From positions 11,061-75,060 of the forward strand of contig JAJEFG010000097.1 of assembly GCA_022820545.1 (NCBI GenBank): a DNA stretch of 64,000 nt, given 5' to 3'. Every line of letters starts with the position of its first letter. Positions within the stretch are counted from its first letter, which is position 1. Below, in pieces: positions 1-8,524 of the stretch. This DNA is from Acidobacteriota bacterium. GTDB taxonomy: Bacteria; Acidobacteriota; Vicinamibacteria; Marinacidobacterales; Marinacidobacteraceae. The notes below the pieces were generated by a model that was not told the origin of the DNA, made no database searches, and saw only the letters and a list, made by a program, of their open reading frames with translations. The position numbers and the translations under genes were made by a program.

Positions 1-600
1 CCCGACCCGACGCCGGGCGCCGGGTTCGGCCAGGCCGCCACCCGGCGCCGAACGGTGATGCCGGCGTCTTCCTTCTCGCCGAAGAGCGACGCCGCGGCGA
101 TCTCCTCGTGCCCGCCGATCCCGACCAGCAGCCCGTCGCCGGGAACGAAGCCGAGGCGCCGGAGGCCGCTGCTGATGCGGGCGGTGCCCGGCTCGATGAC
201 GCCTTCGAGCCCGTGGAACGCGAAGTAGCGTTCGTCCACTCCGAAGATGGTCGCGGGGACGCTCCGGCCGTCGGGTGCGGCCACGGTGCCCGGCAGGCGG
301 TAGAGGGGCGCCGCGGGCTCGAACCGTTCCCGGTAGTCGTCGCGCGCACCCAGCCGGGCCGCGAGGCCGGTGTCCGGATCATCGGAGAAGGGGTGCAGTG
401 GGAGGACCACGTAGTCGGTGGCTCCGAGGCGCTCGGTGAAGGCCGCCCGCAGGCTGCCCCGCACCGAGTCCCCGACCACCAGCGCTCCTACCAGCACCGC
501 CACGGCCACGGCGGTGGCGGCGGCGACCAGGAGGTGTTCGCGGAGGTAGTGCCGGAGACCGCGCCGGGCGAACTGGACTACCCCGAAGGCGGTGGCCATG
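1..600 (-). CDS. ABC transporter permease, FtsX/MacB-LolE family (N-terminal part; gene runs off window start)
   Basis: Minus-strand ATG at 600 begins MATAFGVVQFARRGLRHYLREHLLVAAATAVAVAVLVGALVVGDSVRGSL. This is a typical FtsX-permease N-terminus: basic stretch, first TM, then a large periplasmic loop. It lies directly downstream of, and nearly abutting, the ABC ATPase gene. Confidence 0.6.
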
Positions 601-605
601 GAGTC

Positions 606-1286
606 TTAACCGGCGGAGAGACGCCCCCGGGCCATGCGGTAGCGCTTCGGGAAGCGGCTTCCGAGCTCCGCGTCGTGGGTCACCAGCACGACGATGCGGC
701 CCTCGTCGAGCGCTCCGGCCTCGAGCAGGAGGTCCGCGACGCCCGCCGCGGACTCGCCATCCAGGTTCCCGGTCGGCTCGTCGCAGAGCAGGAGGCGGGG
801 GGCCCGGATCAGGGCGCGCGCGATCGCGACCCGCTGCTTCTCCCCGCCCGAGAGTTCGCCGGGCAGGTGGTCGAGCCGGCCGGACAGACCCACCCGGTCG
901 AGGAGCGCGGCCGCCCGCGGGCGGTCGTCCTCCCGCGGCTCGGGAAGCGTGGGCGCGAGCACGTTCTCGAGGGCCGTGCACTGCGGCAGGAGGCAGTGGT
1001 CCTGGAACACGAAGCCGACCCGGTCGCGGCGGAACCGCGCCTGTTCGTCGGGGGAGAGTTCGTGGGGGTCCACCCCGTCGAGCCGGACGACCCCGTCGGA
1101 GGGGACTTCGATCGCGCCGAGCAGGAAGAGCAGCGTGCTCTTGCCGCACCCGGAGGCGCCCATCACCGAGGCGGCCTCTCCGGGCCGGAGGTTCAGGTCC
1201 ACCCCGTCGAGCACCCGGAGGAAACCGGCCGGCGCCGGGTAGTCCTTGACGAGATCGCTGACTTCGAGGCCCGCGGGGGTGGTCAC
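606..1286 (-). CDS. ABC transporter ATP-binding protein (LolD/MacB-like)
   Basis: Walker A GASGCGKST, ABC signature LSGGEKQR, Walker B LLLCDEPT, H-loop VTHD. GTG start at 1286. Confidence 0.85.
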   Translation of the reverse strand: MTTPAGLEVSDLVKDYPAPAGFLRVLDGVDLNLRPGEAASVMGASGCGKSTLLFLLGAIEVPSDGVVRLDGVDPHELSPDEQARFRRDRVGFVFQDHCLLPQCTALENVLAPTLPEPREDDRPRAAALLDRVGLSGRLDHLPGELSGGEKQRVAIARALIRAPRLLLCDEPTGNLDGESAAGVADLLLEAGALDEGRIVVLVTHDAELGSRFPKRYRMARGRLSAG

Positions 1287-1292
1287 CGCTGA

Positions 1293-2714
1293 TCAGGCGT
1301 GCTGGAACGCCCGGGCCCGGTAGAGCACGTCCAGGATGTTGCCCTCGTGCGGCTGCAGCCAGTTGAGCCGCGTCGTCGGGATCGGCCCGAAGTTCAGGCG
1401 GTCGATCGCAGTCGTCTCCAGCAGGTCGGCCCGGAAGGCGGCGTCCTCCGTAATGGCGGTCGCCACCAGGGTGTCCCCGATGTGCCTCAGCATCTCTTCC
1501 TGGGGGCAGCGCACCACCGAGACGAAGGGGAACATGTATTCCACGTTGGCCACGGCCGCCTCGGGACTGTCGCAGTGCACGACCGTGGGCCGCAGCCAGG
1601 AGGCGCGCCCCTGCTGCGCGAGGCGCGGGCCGTCCCGCAGCGGCGCCGTCAGATCGGCGGCGCCTCCGCCGCCGAGCCGCTCCTCGATGTCCCGGTCGAT
1701 GGCCTCGGCCATCCCGGGCACCGTGAAGGCGGCGAGCGCGCTCTCGGGGTCCTCCGGGGGCCGGGGGGCCACCGGAGCGAGGCGCTCCGCCAGGGCGGCG
1801 GCGATCGCTTCCGTGTGCCGGGAGGCCCAGATCCCCGAGCAGGAGATGCAGCTCCGGCCGCTGTTCAGGAAGACGCTCTCGAAGAGGACCTCCAGGTGGT
1901 CTTCCCAGTCGTCGACGACGTCGTCGCCGAGGAGAATCTTGGAGAACCCGGGGCCATGGACCCGGACCGAGGGATTGCTGCGATACCGCTCGACGGTCGC
2001 CCGGCTCCCGAAGATGAGCGTCCTGGGGGCCGCTTCGACGACGGCGGCGCCCACCTCGGCGCCGCCGGGATAGACGGCGATCGCTTCGCGTGGAATTCCG
2101 GCGGCGAAGAACGCCTCCGCCATCCGGTAGGGCGTCCAGGGCTCCTCCGGTCCCGGCTTGAGCACCAGGCCGATCTGCAGCGGAATCACCGGGAGCCAGA
2201 GGGTGTGGACCCCCGGCGAATTCGAAGGCAGCACGCAGGCGAGCACCGGGGTCTGCGCCTGGTAGGAGATCGGGACGCCCCGTTCCTCGATCCCGTGGCC
2301 GGCCGACAGGACCTCGAGATCGAGGCCGCGGGTCAGCGCGTCCAGGACCTGGTCCATCCGTTCGAGCACGAAGCGGTTCTTCTCCATGTTCGCCCGGCAC
2401 ATGGCTTCCGGCAGACCGGTGCTGGCCGACTGGGCGTGCACGAACTCCTCGGGCGTCTGGACCCCGTCTCCGAGCGGCAGGTCGGCTTCCATGTAGAGCC
2501 GGGCGGCCTCGCTGATCCGGGCGAGAAGCTCCCGGATCGGAAGCTCCCGGAGCGCGGCCCGGGCGCGGCCGGCGCGGCGGAGGTCGCGCTTGACGATCCC
2601 GCCGGTCGCCTGGTCCACCTCGGCGATCGGCTCGCCGGTCAGGAAGTGCGAAACGGTGGTCGTCTCGAGGCTCCGGTAGGGCTTCCCCCAGCGGAGGACG
2701 GGAACTCGGATCAC
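1293..2714 (-). CDS. aldehyde dehydrogenase superfamily protein (possibly acyl-CoA reductase-like)
   Basis: Long ORF with ALDH-like segments (VLPSNSPGVHTLWLPVIPLQIGLVLKPGPEEPWTP; catalytic-Cys-like FLNSGRSCISCSG). The track ORF extends to 2942 through a repeat element. The start is more likely the GTG at 2714 (VIRVPVLRWGKPYRSLE). Start uncertain. Confidence 0.5.
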   Translation of the reverse strand: MIRVPVLRWGKPYRSLETTTVSHFLTGEPIAEVDQATGGIVKRDLRRAGRARAALRELPIRELLARISEAARLYMEADLPLGDGVQTPEEFVHAQSASTGLPEAMCRANMEKNRFVLERMDQVLDALTRGLDLEVLSAGHGIEERGVPISYQAQTPVLACVLPSNSPGVHTLWLPVIPLQIGLVLKPGPEEPWTPYRMAEAFFAAGIPREAIAVYPGGAEVGAAVVEAAPRTLIFGSRATVERYRSNPSVRVHGPGFSKILLGDDVVDDWEDHLEVLFESVFLNSGRSCISCSGIWASRHTEAIAAALAERLAPVAPRPPEDPESALAAFTVPGMAEAIDRDIEERLGGGGAADLTAPLRDGPRLAQQGRASWLRPTVVHCDSPEAAVANVEYMFPFVSVVRCPQEEMLRHIGDTLVATAITEDAAFRADLLETTAIDRLNFGPIPTTRLNWLQPHEGNILDVLYRARAFQHA

Positions 2715-2770
2715 AGGGCGACGGAGTCTAACGGGCGGTACCCCGAGAGCGTCCTTGGCGCGGCGGCTAT

Positions 2771-2926
2771 GGAACGCCGGCTTCAGCCGGCACAGGCCGC
2801 CGGAGGCGGGCGGCGAGACGGACCTCAGTCGGGGGGATGGTGCGGCTGCGCACGCCACTGCACCTGCGGTAGCGACGAACCGCCCGCGGCCCGTCGGGCC
2901 GCTGTGCCGGCTGAAGCCGGCGTTCC
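2771..2926. repeat. Type A hairpin repeat, inverted pair (GGAACGCCGGCTTCAGCCGGCACAG at both ends in opposite orientation) flanking a ~105-bp spacer
   Basis: 2771-2795 is the exact reverse complement of 2902-2926. The core hairpin is CGCCGGCT-TCA-AGCCGGCG (8-bp stem). It lies in the divergent intergenic region between the ALDH-like gene and the first S9 peptidase. Confidence 0.6.
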
Positions 2927-3040
2927 GAGCCGTGTGCGTCACCGGTTGGCGGAAAGCGACGCCGGTTGCCTGAATGGCGTCCCGCGGGCCTGGCTGGTAC
3001 CTTGGCGGGCCGTCCCGTCCCCGAATCGAGGAGCCTCCCC

Positions 3041-5053
3041 ATGCTCAGGTTGACGTCACTTGCCACCCTCGTCGCCGCGCTGACCCTTCCGGCCGCCGCG
3101 GCGGCGCAAACGCCCTTCCAGCCGATGGACGTGTTCCAGCTCGAGTTCGCGGCCGACCCGCAGATCTCGCCCGACGGAGCCCGGGTCGCCTACGTCCGCA
3201 CCTCCATGGACATCATGACCGACCGCCAGCGCACCGAGCTGTGGATCGTGAACGCCGACGGATCGGGCCACCGCCGGCTGAGCGCCGGCGCCTCTCCGCG
3301 CTGGTCCCCGGACGGCGCCCGCATCGCCTACGTCGAGGACGGCCAGATCCACCTCCGGTGGATGGACACCGGGGAAACCGCGACCCTCACCCAGCTTCTC
3401 GAATCGCCGAGCGGACTCCGCTGGTCGCCGGACGGGGGCCGGATCGCGTTCAACATGCTGGTGCCCTATCCCCCGCCCCGGCTCGTCGCCCCTCCGAAGC
3501 CCCCGCCGGGGGCGGAATGGGCCGATCCGCCGATCATGGAGGACCGCTTCAAGAGCAGGCAGGACGGGATCGGGTATCTCGATTTCGGCTTCGACCACAT
3601 CTTCGTGGTCTCCGTGGAAGGCGGCACGCCGCTCCAGGTGACCACGGGCGACTTCCAGCACTCGAGCCCGGCCGCCTGGACGCCGGATGGCGAGCACCTC
3701 GTCTTCTCCTCGAACCGGAACGCGAACTGGGAGCACGACTACCGGAACTCGGAGCTGTACATCGCCCGGGCCGCGGGCGGTGAGATCCGGGCGCTGACCG
3801 ATCGGAAGGGGCCGGACCACAGCCCCGCGATCTCTCCCGACGGGAGCCGGATCGCGTTCGTCGGGAACGAGGACCGGCTGCGCACCTATCAGGTCCGCCG
3901 GCTCCAGGTCATGAACGTGGACGGAAGCGGCCGGCGCGACGTGACGGCCGGTCTCGACCGGAGCGTCGCGAATCCGGTGTGGGCCGCGGACGGGCATCGC
4001 ATCTACTTCCAGTACGACGACGAGGGCAACCGCAAGGTCGCGTTCACGACCCTCGACGGGGAAATCCAGGTGCTCGGAGAGAGCGTCGGCGGACCCTCGT
4101 ACGGCCTGCCGTACGCCAGCGGTTCCTTCTCCGTCGCCCGGACCGGCGCCTTCGCGCTCAACCAGAGCCGGCCGGACCGCCCCGGAGAGGTCGCGGTCGG
4201 CGCACCGGGCGAAGCGGTGCGCCGGATCACCTCGCTCAACGAGGACCTTCTCGGCCAGCGGACGCTGGGCGAAGTCGAGGAGATCTGGTGGGACTCCTCC
4301 TTCGACGGCCGTCCGGTCCAGGGCTGGATCGTCAAGCCGCCGGGCTTCGATCCGGGGCGGCGGTATCCGTTCATCCTGGAGATCCACGGCGGGCCCATCT
4401 CCCACTACGGCGACCGTTTCGCGGCCGAGATGCAGATGTTCGCCGCCGCCGGCTACGTCGTCCTCTACGCGAATCCCCGTGGCAGCACCAGCTACGGGGA
4501 GGAGTTCGGCGACCTGCTTTACCACAACTATCCGGGCAACGATTACGACGACCTGATGTCCGGGGTCGATGCGGTCATCGCCCGGGGCTACGTGGACGAG
4601 GACAACCTGTTCGTGACCGGCGGCAGCGCCGGCGGGATCATGACCGCCTGGATCGTGGGGAAGACCGACCGCTTCCGCGCGGCCGTCTCCGAAAAGCCGG
4701 TCATCAACTGGATCAGCAAGACGCTCACCGCCGACAACTGGTTCAACTACTTCGGAAACCGCTACGAGGGCCTCCCCTGGGAGGACCCGGAGCCCTACTG
4801 GAAGTTCTCGCCGCTCTCGCTGGTGGGGAACGTGACCACCCCGACGATGGTGCTCACGGGATCGCTCGATCTGCGCACGCCGCTATCGGAGTCCTACCAG
4901 CTCTTCCACGCCCTCAAGTTCCGCGGCATCGATACCGCGGTGGTGCGCATCCCCGGAGCCTTCCACAACATGAGCCGCCGGCCGAGCGAGCTGATCGCGA
5001 AGGTCGCCAACCAGATCGCCTGGTTCGAGAAGTACCGGACGTCCGGGAACTGA
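3041..5053 (+). CDS. S9 family serine peptidase (prolyl oligopeptidase/acylaminoacyl-peptidase type) with N-terminal TolB-like beta-propeller
   Basis: Signal peptide MLRLTSLATLVAALTLPAAAAAQ with GAGGAG RBS upstream. The N-terminal region repeats SPDG.R.AY motifs. The C-terminal alpha/beta-hydrolase carries the GGSAGG nucleophile elbow. Confidence 0.85.
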   Translation: MLRLTSLATLVAALTLPAAAAAQTPFQPMDVFQLEFAADPQISPDGARVAYVRTSMDIMTDRQRTELWIVNADGSGHRRLSAGASPRWSPDGARIAYVEDGQIHLRWMDTGETATLTQLLESPSGLRWSPDGGRIAFNMLVPYPPPRLVAPPKPPPGAEWADPPIMEDRFKSRQDGIGYLDFGFDHIFVVSVEGGTPLQVTTGDFQHSSPAAWTPDGEHLVFSSNRNANWEHDYRNSELYIARAAGGEIRALTDRKGPDHSPAISPDGSRIAFVGNEDRLRTYQVRRLQVMNVDGSGRRDVTAGLDRSVANPVWAADGHRIYFQYDDEGNRKVAFTTLDGEIQVLGESVGGPSYGLPYASGSFSVARTGAFALNQSRPDRPGEVAVGAPGEAVRRITSLNEDLLGQRTLGEVEEIWWDSSFDGRPVQGWIVKPPGFDPGRRYPFILEIHGGPISHYGDRFAAEMQMFAAAGYVVLYANPRGSTSYGEEFGDLLYHNYPGNDYDDLMSGVDAVIARGYVDEDNLFVTGGSAGGIMTAWIVGKTDRFRAAVSEKPVINWISKTLTADNWFNYFGNRYEGLPWEDPEPYWKFSPLSLVGNVTTPTMVLTGSLDLRTPLSESYQLFHALKFRGIDTAVVRIPGAFHNMSRRPSELIAKVANQIAWFEKYRTSGN

Positions 5054-5117
5054 TTTCCGCAATACACCCGCCTCGCTGCGTGGCCTCTTCCATCCCCATC
5101 AACCGGAGAGTCGTCCA

Positions 5118-7136
5118 ATGTCCCGATTCACGCTAGTCCTCACCCTTGTTGCCGCTCTGGCCGTCCCGTTCGCATCCGGGGGCCAGACGCCGTTCCAGCC
5201 GATGGACGTGTTCCAGCTCGAGTTTGCGGCCGACCCGCAGATCTCCCCGGACGGCAGTCAGGTCGTCTATGTCCGGACTTCGATGGACATCATGCGCGAC
5301 CGGCCGCGTTCCGAACTCTGGATCGTCAACGCCGATGGCAGCGGCCACCGGCATCTGAGCGCCGGATCGTCTCCGCGCTGGTCACCCGACGGCACCCGCA
5401 TCGCGTACACGGCGGGCGGACAGATCCACCTCCGCTGGATGGACACCGGGGAGACGGCGACGCTCACCCAGGTTCTCGAATCCCCGCGCGGCGTCCGCTG
5501 GTCCCCGGACGGGACGCGGCTCGCCTTCAACATGCTGGTCCCCTACCCGCCGCCGCAGCTCGCCGCGCCCCCGAAGCCGCCCCCCGGGGCCGAGTGGGCC
5601 GATCCTCCGATCATGGAGGACCGCTTCCGGAACCGGCAGGACGGGGTCGGGTATCTCGACTTCGGCTACAACCACATCTTTGTTGTGCCGGTCGACGGCG
5701 GCACGCCGGCCCAGGTGACTTCCGGGGACTTCCAGCACTCGAGTCCGGCTGCCTGGACGCCGGACAGCCGGCATCTCGTTTTCTCCTCGAATCGCAACCC
5801 CGACTGGGTAACCGACTACCGGAACTCCGAGCTCTACATCGCGCCGGTCGCCGGCGGGGAGATCCGCGCGCTGACCGGCCGGAAGGGGCCGGACCGGAGT
5901 CCCGCCGTCTCCCCCGACGGACAGCAGATCGCGTTCGTGAGCTACGAGGACCGGGTGCGGACGTACCAGGTCAGCCGGCTTCACGTGATGAACCTGGACG
6001 GAAGCGGAGCGCGCGCCGTCACCACCGGGCTCGACCGGAGCGTCTCGAACCCGGTGTGGGCCGCGGACGGACACCGGCTCTACTTCCAGTACGACGACGA
6101 GGGCAACTCGAAGGTCGCCTTCGTGACGCTGGACGGCGAGGTCGAGGTGCTCGGAGAGAGTCTCGGCGGCACCTCCTATGGCCGTCCCTACAGCGGCGGT
6201 TCGTTCTCGGTCGCGAACGACGGCTCCTTCGCGTTCAACCAGAGCCGTCCGGACCTGCCCGGCGAGGTGGCCGTCGGCAGGCACGGCGAGGCCGCGCGCC
6301 GGCTCACCTCGCTCAACGAGGACCTGCTCGCCGGCACGACCCTCGGCGAGGTCGAGGAGATCTGGTGGGACTCGTCCTTCGACGGCCGCCCGGTCCAGGG
6401 CTGGATCGTCAAGCCCCCGGACTTCGATCCGGGGCGCCGCTACCCGTTGATCCTCGAGATCCACGGGGGGCCGGTCACGAACTACGGCGACCGCTTCTCG
6501 GCCGAGATGCAACTGATGGCCGCTGCCGGATACGTGGTCCTCTATGCCAACCCCCGCGGGAGCACCAGCTACGGCGAGGAGTTCGGAGACCTGCTCTACC
6601 GCAACTACCCGGGCAACGACTACGACGACCTCATTTCGGGCGTGGACGCGGTCATCGCCCGCGGCTACGTGGACGAGGACAACCTGTTCGTGACGGGAGG
6701 CAGCGCCGGGGGGATCATGACCGCGTGGATCGTCGGGAAGACGGACCGCTTCCGGGCCGCCGTCTCCCAGAAACCCGTCGTCAACTGGATCAGCAAGACC
6801 CTGACCGCGGACAACTGGTACGGCTACTACTTCAGCCGCTACGAGGGCCTTCCCTGGGAGAACCCGGAGCCGTACTGGCGGTTTTCCCCGATCTCGCTGG
6901 CCGGGAACGTGAACACTCCGACGCTGATGGTCACGGGAGAAGAGGACCTCCGCACGCCCCTGTCCGAGTCCTACCAGTTGTTCCACGCCCTCAGGTTCCG
7001 CGGGATCGACACCGGGGTGGTCCGGCTGCCCGGCGCCTCCCACGACATGAGCCGCCGGCCGAGCCAGTTGATGGCCAAGATCGCCAACATCCTGGCCTGG
7101 TTCGAGAAGTACCGCACGCACCCCACCACGAACTGA
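5118..7136 (+). CDS. S9 family serine peptidase, tandem paralog of the upstream gene
   Basis: Colinear with the 3041-5053 product and close to 75-80% identical: QTPFQPMDVFQLEFAADPQISPDG..., GGSAGGIMTAWIVGKTDRFRAAVS. Confidence 0.85.
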   Translation: MSRFTLVLTLVAALAVPFASGGQTPFQPMDVFQLEFAADPQISPDGSQVVYVRTSMDIMRDRPRSELWIVNADGSGHRHLSAGSSPRWSPDGTRIAYTAGGQIHLRWMDTGETATLTQVLESPRGVRWSPDGTRLAFNMLVPYPPPQLAAPPKPPPGAEWADPPIMEDRFRNRQDGVGYLDFGYNHIFVVPVDGGTPAQVTSGDFQHSSPAAWTPDSRHLVFSSNRNPDWVTDYRNSELYIAPVAGGEIRALTGRKGPDRSPAVSPDGQQIAFVSYEDRVRTYQVSRLHVMNLDGSGARAVTTGLDRSVSNPVWAADGHRLYFQYDDEGNSKVAFVTLDGEVEVLGESLGGTSYGRPYSGGSFSVANDGSFAFNQSRPDLPGEVAVGRHGEAARRLTSLNEDLLAGTTLGEVEEIWWDSSFDGRPVQGWIVKPPDFDPGRRYPLILEIHGGPVTNYGDRFSAEMQLMAAAGYVVLYANPRGSTSYGEEFGDLLYRNYPGNDYDDLISGVDAVIARGYVDEDNLFVTGGSAGGIMTAWIVGKTDRFRAAVSQKPVVNWISKTLTADNWYGYYFSRYEGLPWENPEPYWRFSPISLAGNVNTPTLMVTGEEDLRTPLSESYQLFHALRFRGIDTGVVRLPGASHDMSRRPSQLMAKIANILAWFEKYRTHPTTN

Positions 7137-7160
7137 GGCAAGGAGGAAGGGCCCGCCTCG

Positions 7161-7201
7161 GAGCGCCGGCCTCCGGCCGGCATCGCGCGGGAGCGCGAAA
7201 C
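7161..7201 (+). repeat. Type B two-hairpin repeat unit, solo copy (GAGCGCCGGCCTCCGGCCGGCATCGCGCGGGAGCGCGAAAC)
   Basis: This is the canonical copy of a unit recurring at 12306, 12462(rc), 20782, 20931(rc), 26118, 26200, 26356(rc) and 38846(rc). It sits between the S9 paralog stop and the HupE-like start. Confidence 0.65.
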
Positions 7202-7209
7202 CGGTCGCG

Positions 7210-8424
7210 ATGACGCTGCGCCCGGCCACCGTGGGTGCTGCCCGCCATGGCGCGCCGCCATGGCCGGCCCCGGTATCCTCCCGCGTGCCTTCCGCCCGAC
7301 TCGCCCTCGTCGCGGCCCTCCTGCTGGCGAGCGCTGTGACACCGCCCGGTGTCGCCCCTGCCCGCGCCCATCCGCTGGCGTTCACGGAAGTGACCCTCAC
7401 GCTGCGGGACGACGGCGCTTTCGAGGCGAATCTCATCTACGACCTCGACGCGCTGGCGCTCGGCGTGCCCATCACCACGGAGGACACGGAACTGGCGGCG
7501 GCGCTCGCGAGCCTCCCGCCGGGCGAATTCGCGGCGCGCGTCGCCAGCCTGCGGGAGCTGTTCGCGCGGCGCGTCCGGGTCCGGTTCGACGGCGAGCCCA
7601 CGCCGTTCGACGTCTCGTTTCCCGACTACGGCACGCCCCGCGCGACGGAAGCGGACATCCCGACCGTGCTCGGCGTGACGGCGCGCCTCACGGGAAGGGT
7701 CCCCGAACGCGCGTCCACGGTGGGGTTCTTCGCGTCGCGCGCGTTCGGCGAGGTCCACCTGACCATCGTCGACACCGGGCGCGCGGTGGAGGTCCGCTCC
7801 GTCCTCGAACCCGGGGCGCGGAGCGACCCGCTCGATCTCACGGGGCCGGTCTCCCCGCCGGGCCGCCTCGAGGTGGCGGCCCGCTATGCGCGGCTCGGGT
7901 TCGTCCACATCGTGCCGGAGGGTACGGATCACATCCTGTTCGTGCTCGGGCTGTTCCTGCTGAGCGCGCGGCTCCGGCCCCTGATCTGGCAGGTGACCGC
8001 GTTCACGGTGGCGCACGCGGCCACCCTGACCGTGGCGGCGCTGGGCGTCGTCTCCCTCGCCCCGCGCCTCGTGGAGCCGCTCATCGCGCTCTCGATCGCG
8101 TACGTCGCCGTCGAGAACGTCCTGACCGATCGCCTGACCCGCTGGCGTCCGGCCGTGGTCTTCGGCTTCGGGCTGCTGCACGGGCTGGGTTTCGCGGGGG
8201 TCCTCGGCGAGCTGGGCCTGCCCGAGCACGAGCGGCTCCTGGCGCTCGTGACCTTCAATGCCGGCATCGAGCTGGGACAGCTCGCGGTCATCGCGGCCGC
8301 CGCGGGATCGTTCGGGTGGTTCCGCGCGAAGCCGTGGTACCGGCGACGGCTCGCCGTTCCCGCCTCCGCGGTCATCGGGCTGGTTGGCGTGACGTGGGCC
8401 ATCCAGCGGGCCTTGAGCCCCTGA
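7210..8424 (+). CDS. HupE/UreJ family membrane protein with N-terminal periplasmic domain
   Basis: The C-terminal TM region carries HupE/UreJ-like motifs (HIVPEGTDHILFVLGLFLL, GFGLLHGLGFAGVLGE). The signal-like stretch RLALVAALLLASAV suggests the start could be internal. Confidence 0.6.
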   Translation: MTLRPATVGAARHGAPPWPAPVSSRVPSARLALVAALLLASAVTPPGVAPARAHPLAFTEVTLTLRDDGAFEANLIYDLDALALGVPITTEDTELAAALASLPPGEFAARVASLRELFARRVRVRFDGEPTPFDVSFPDYGTPRATEADIPTVLGVTARLTGRVPERASTVGFFASRAFGEVHLTIVDTGRAVEVRSVLEPGARSDPLDLTGPVSPPGRLEVAARYARLGFVHIVPEGTDHILFVLGLFLLSARLRPLIWQVTAFTVAHAATLTVAALGVVSLAPRLVEPLIALSIAYVAVENVLTDRLTRWRPAVVFGFGLLHGLGFAGVLGELGLPEHERLLALVTFNAGIELGQLAVIAAAAGSFGWFRAKPWYRRRLAVPASAVIGLVGVTWAIQRALSP

Positions 8425-8524
8425 CCCGACCGTCGCCTCACGGCCCTCGGCGTTCCCGCGGGTTCACCGCAGGCTGCTAGACTCGCGCGCTGGCGCACGG
8501 CCGAAACCCCACCCCAGATTGCGA

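Noticed and set aside
379-2400. 673-aa minus-strand ORF overlapping the ABC ATPase and ALDH genes. Similar very long ORFs occur at 1299-3053(+), 5382-7436(-), 18133-20538(-), 23406-26045(-), 26271-29072(+), 41991-44492(+) and 59899-63591(-).
   Set aside because: Translations are low-complexity R/G/P/A-rich with no motifs. They lie antisense to, or out of frame with, strongly supported genes. These are stop-codon-poor frames, expected at ~70% GC.
2966-3040. Upstream extension of the first S9 peptidase ORF (track start 2966).
   Set aside because: The extension lacks a signal peptide. The ATG at 3041 gives a canonical signal peptide with a GAGGAG RBS.
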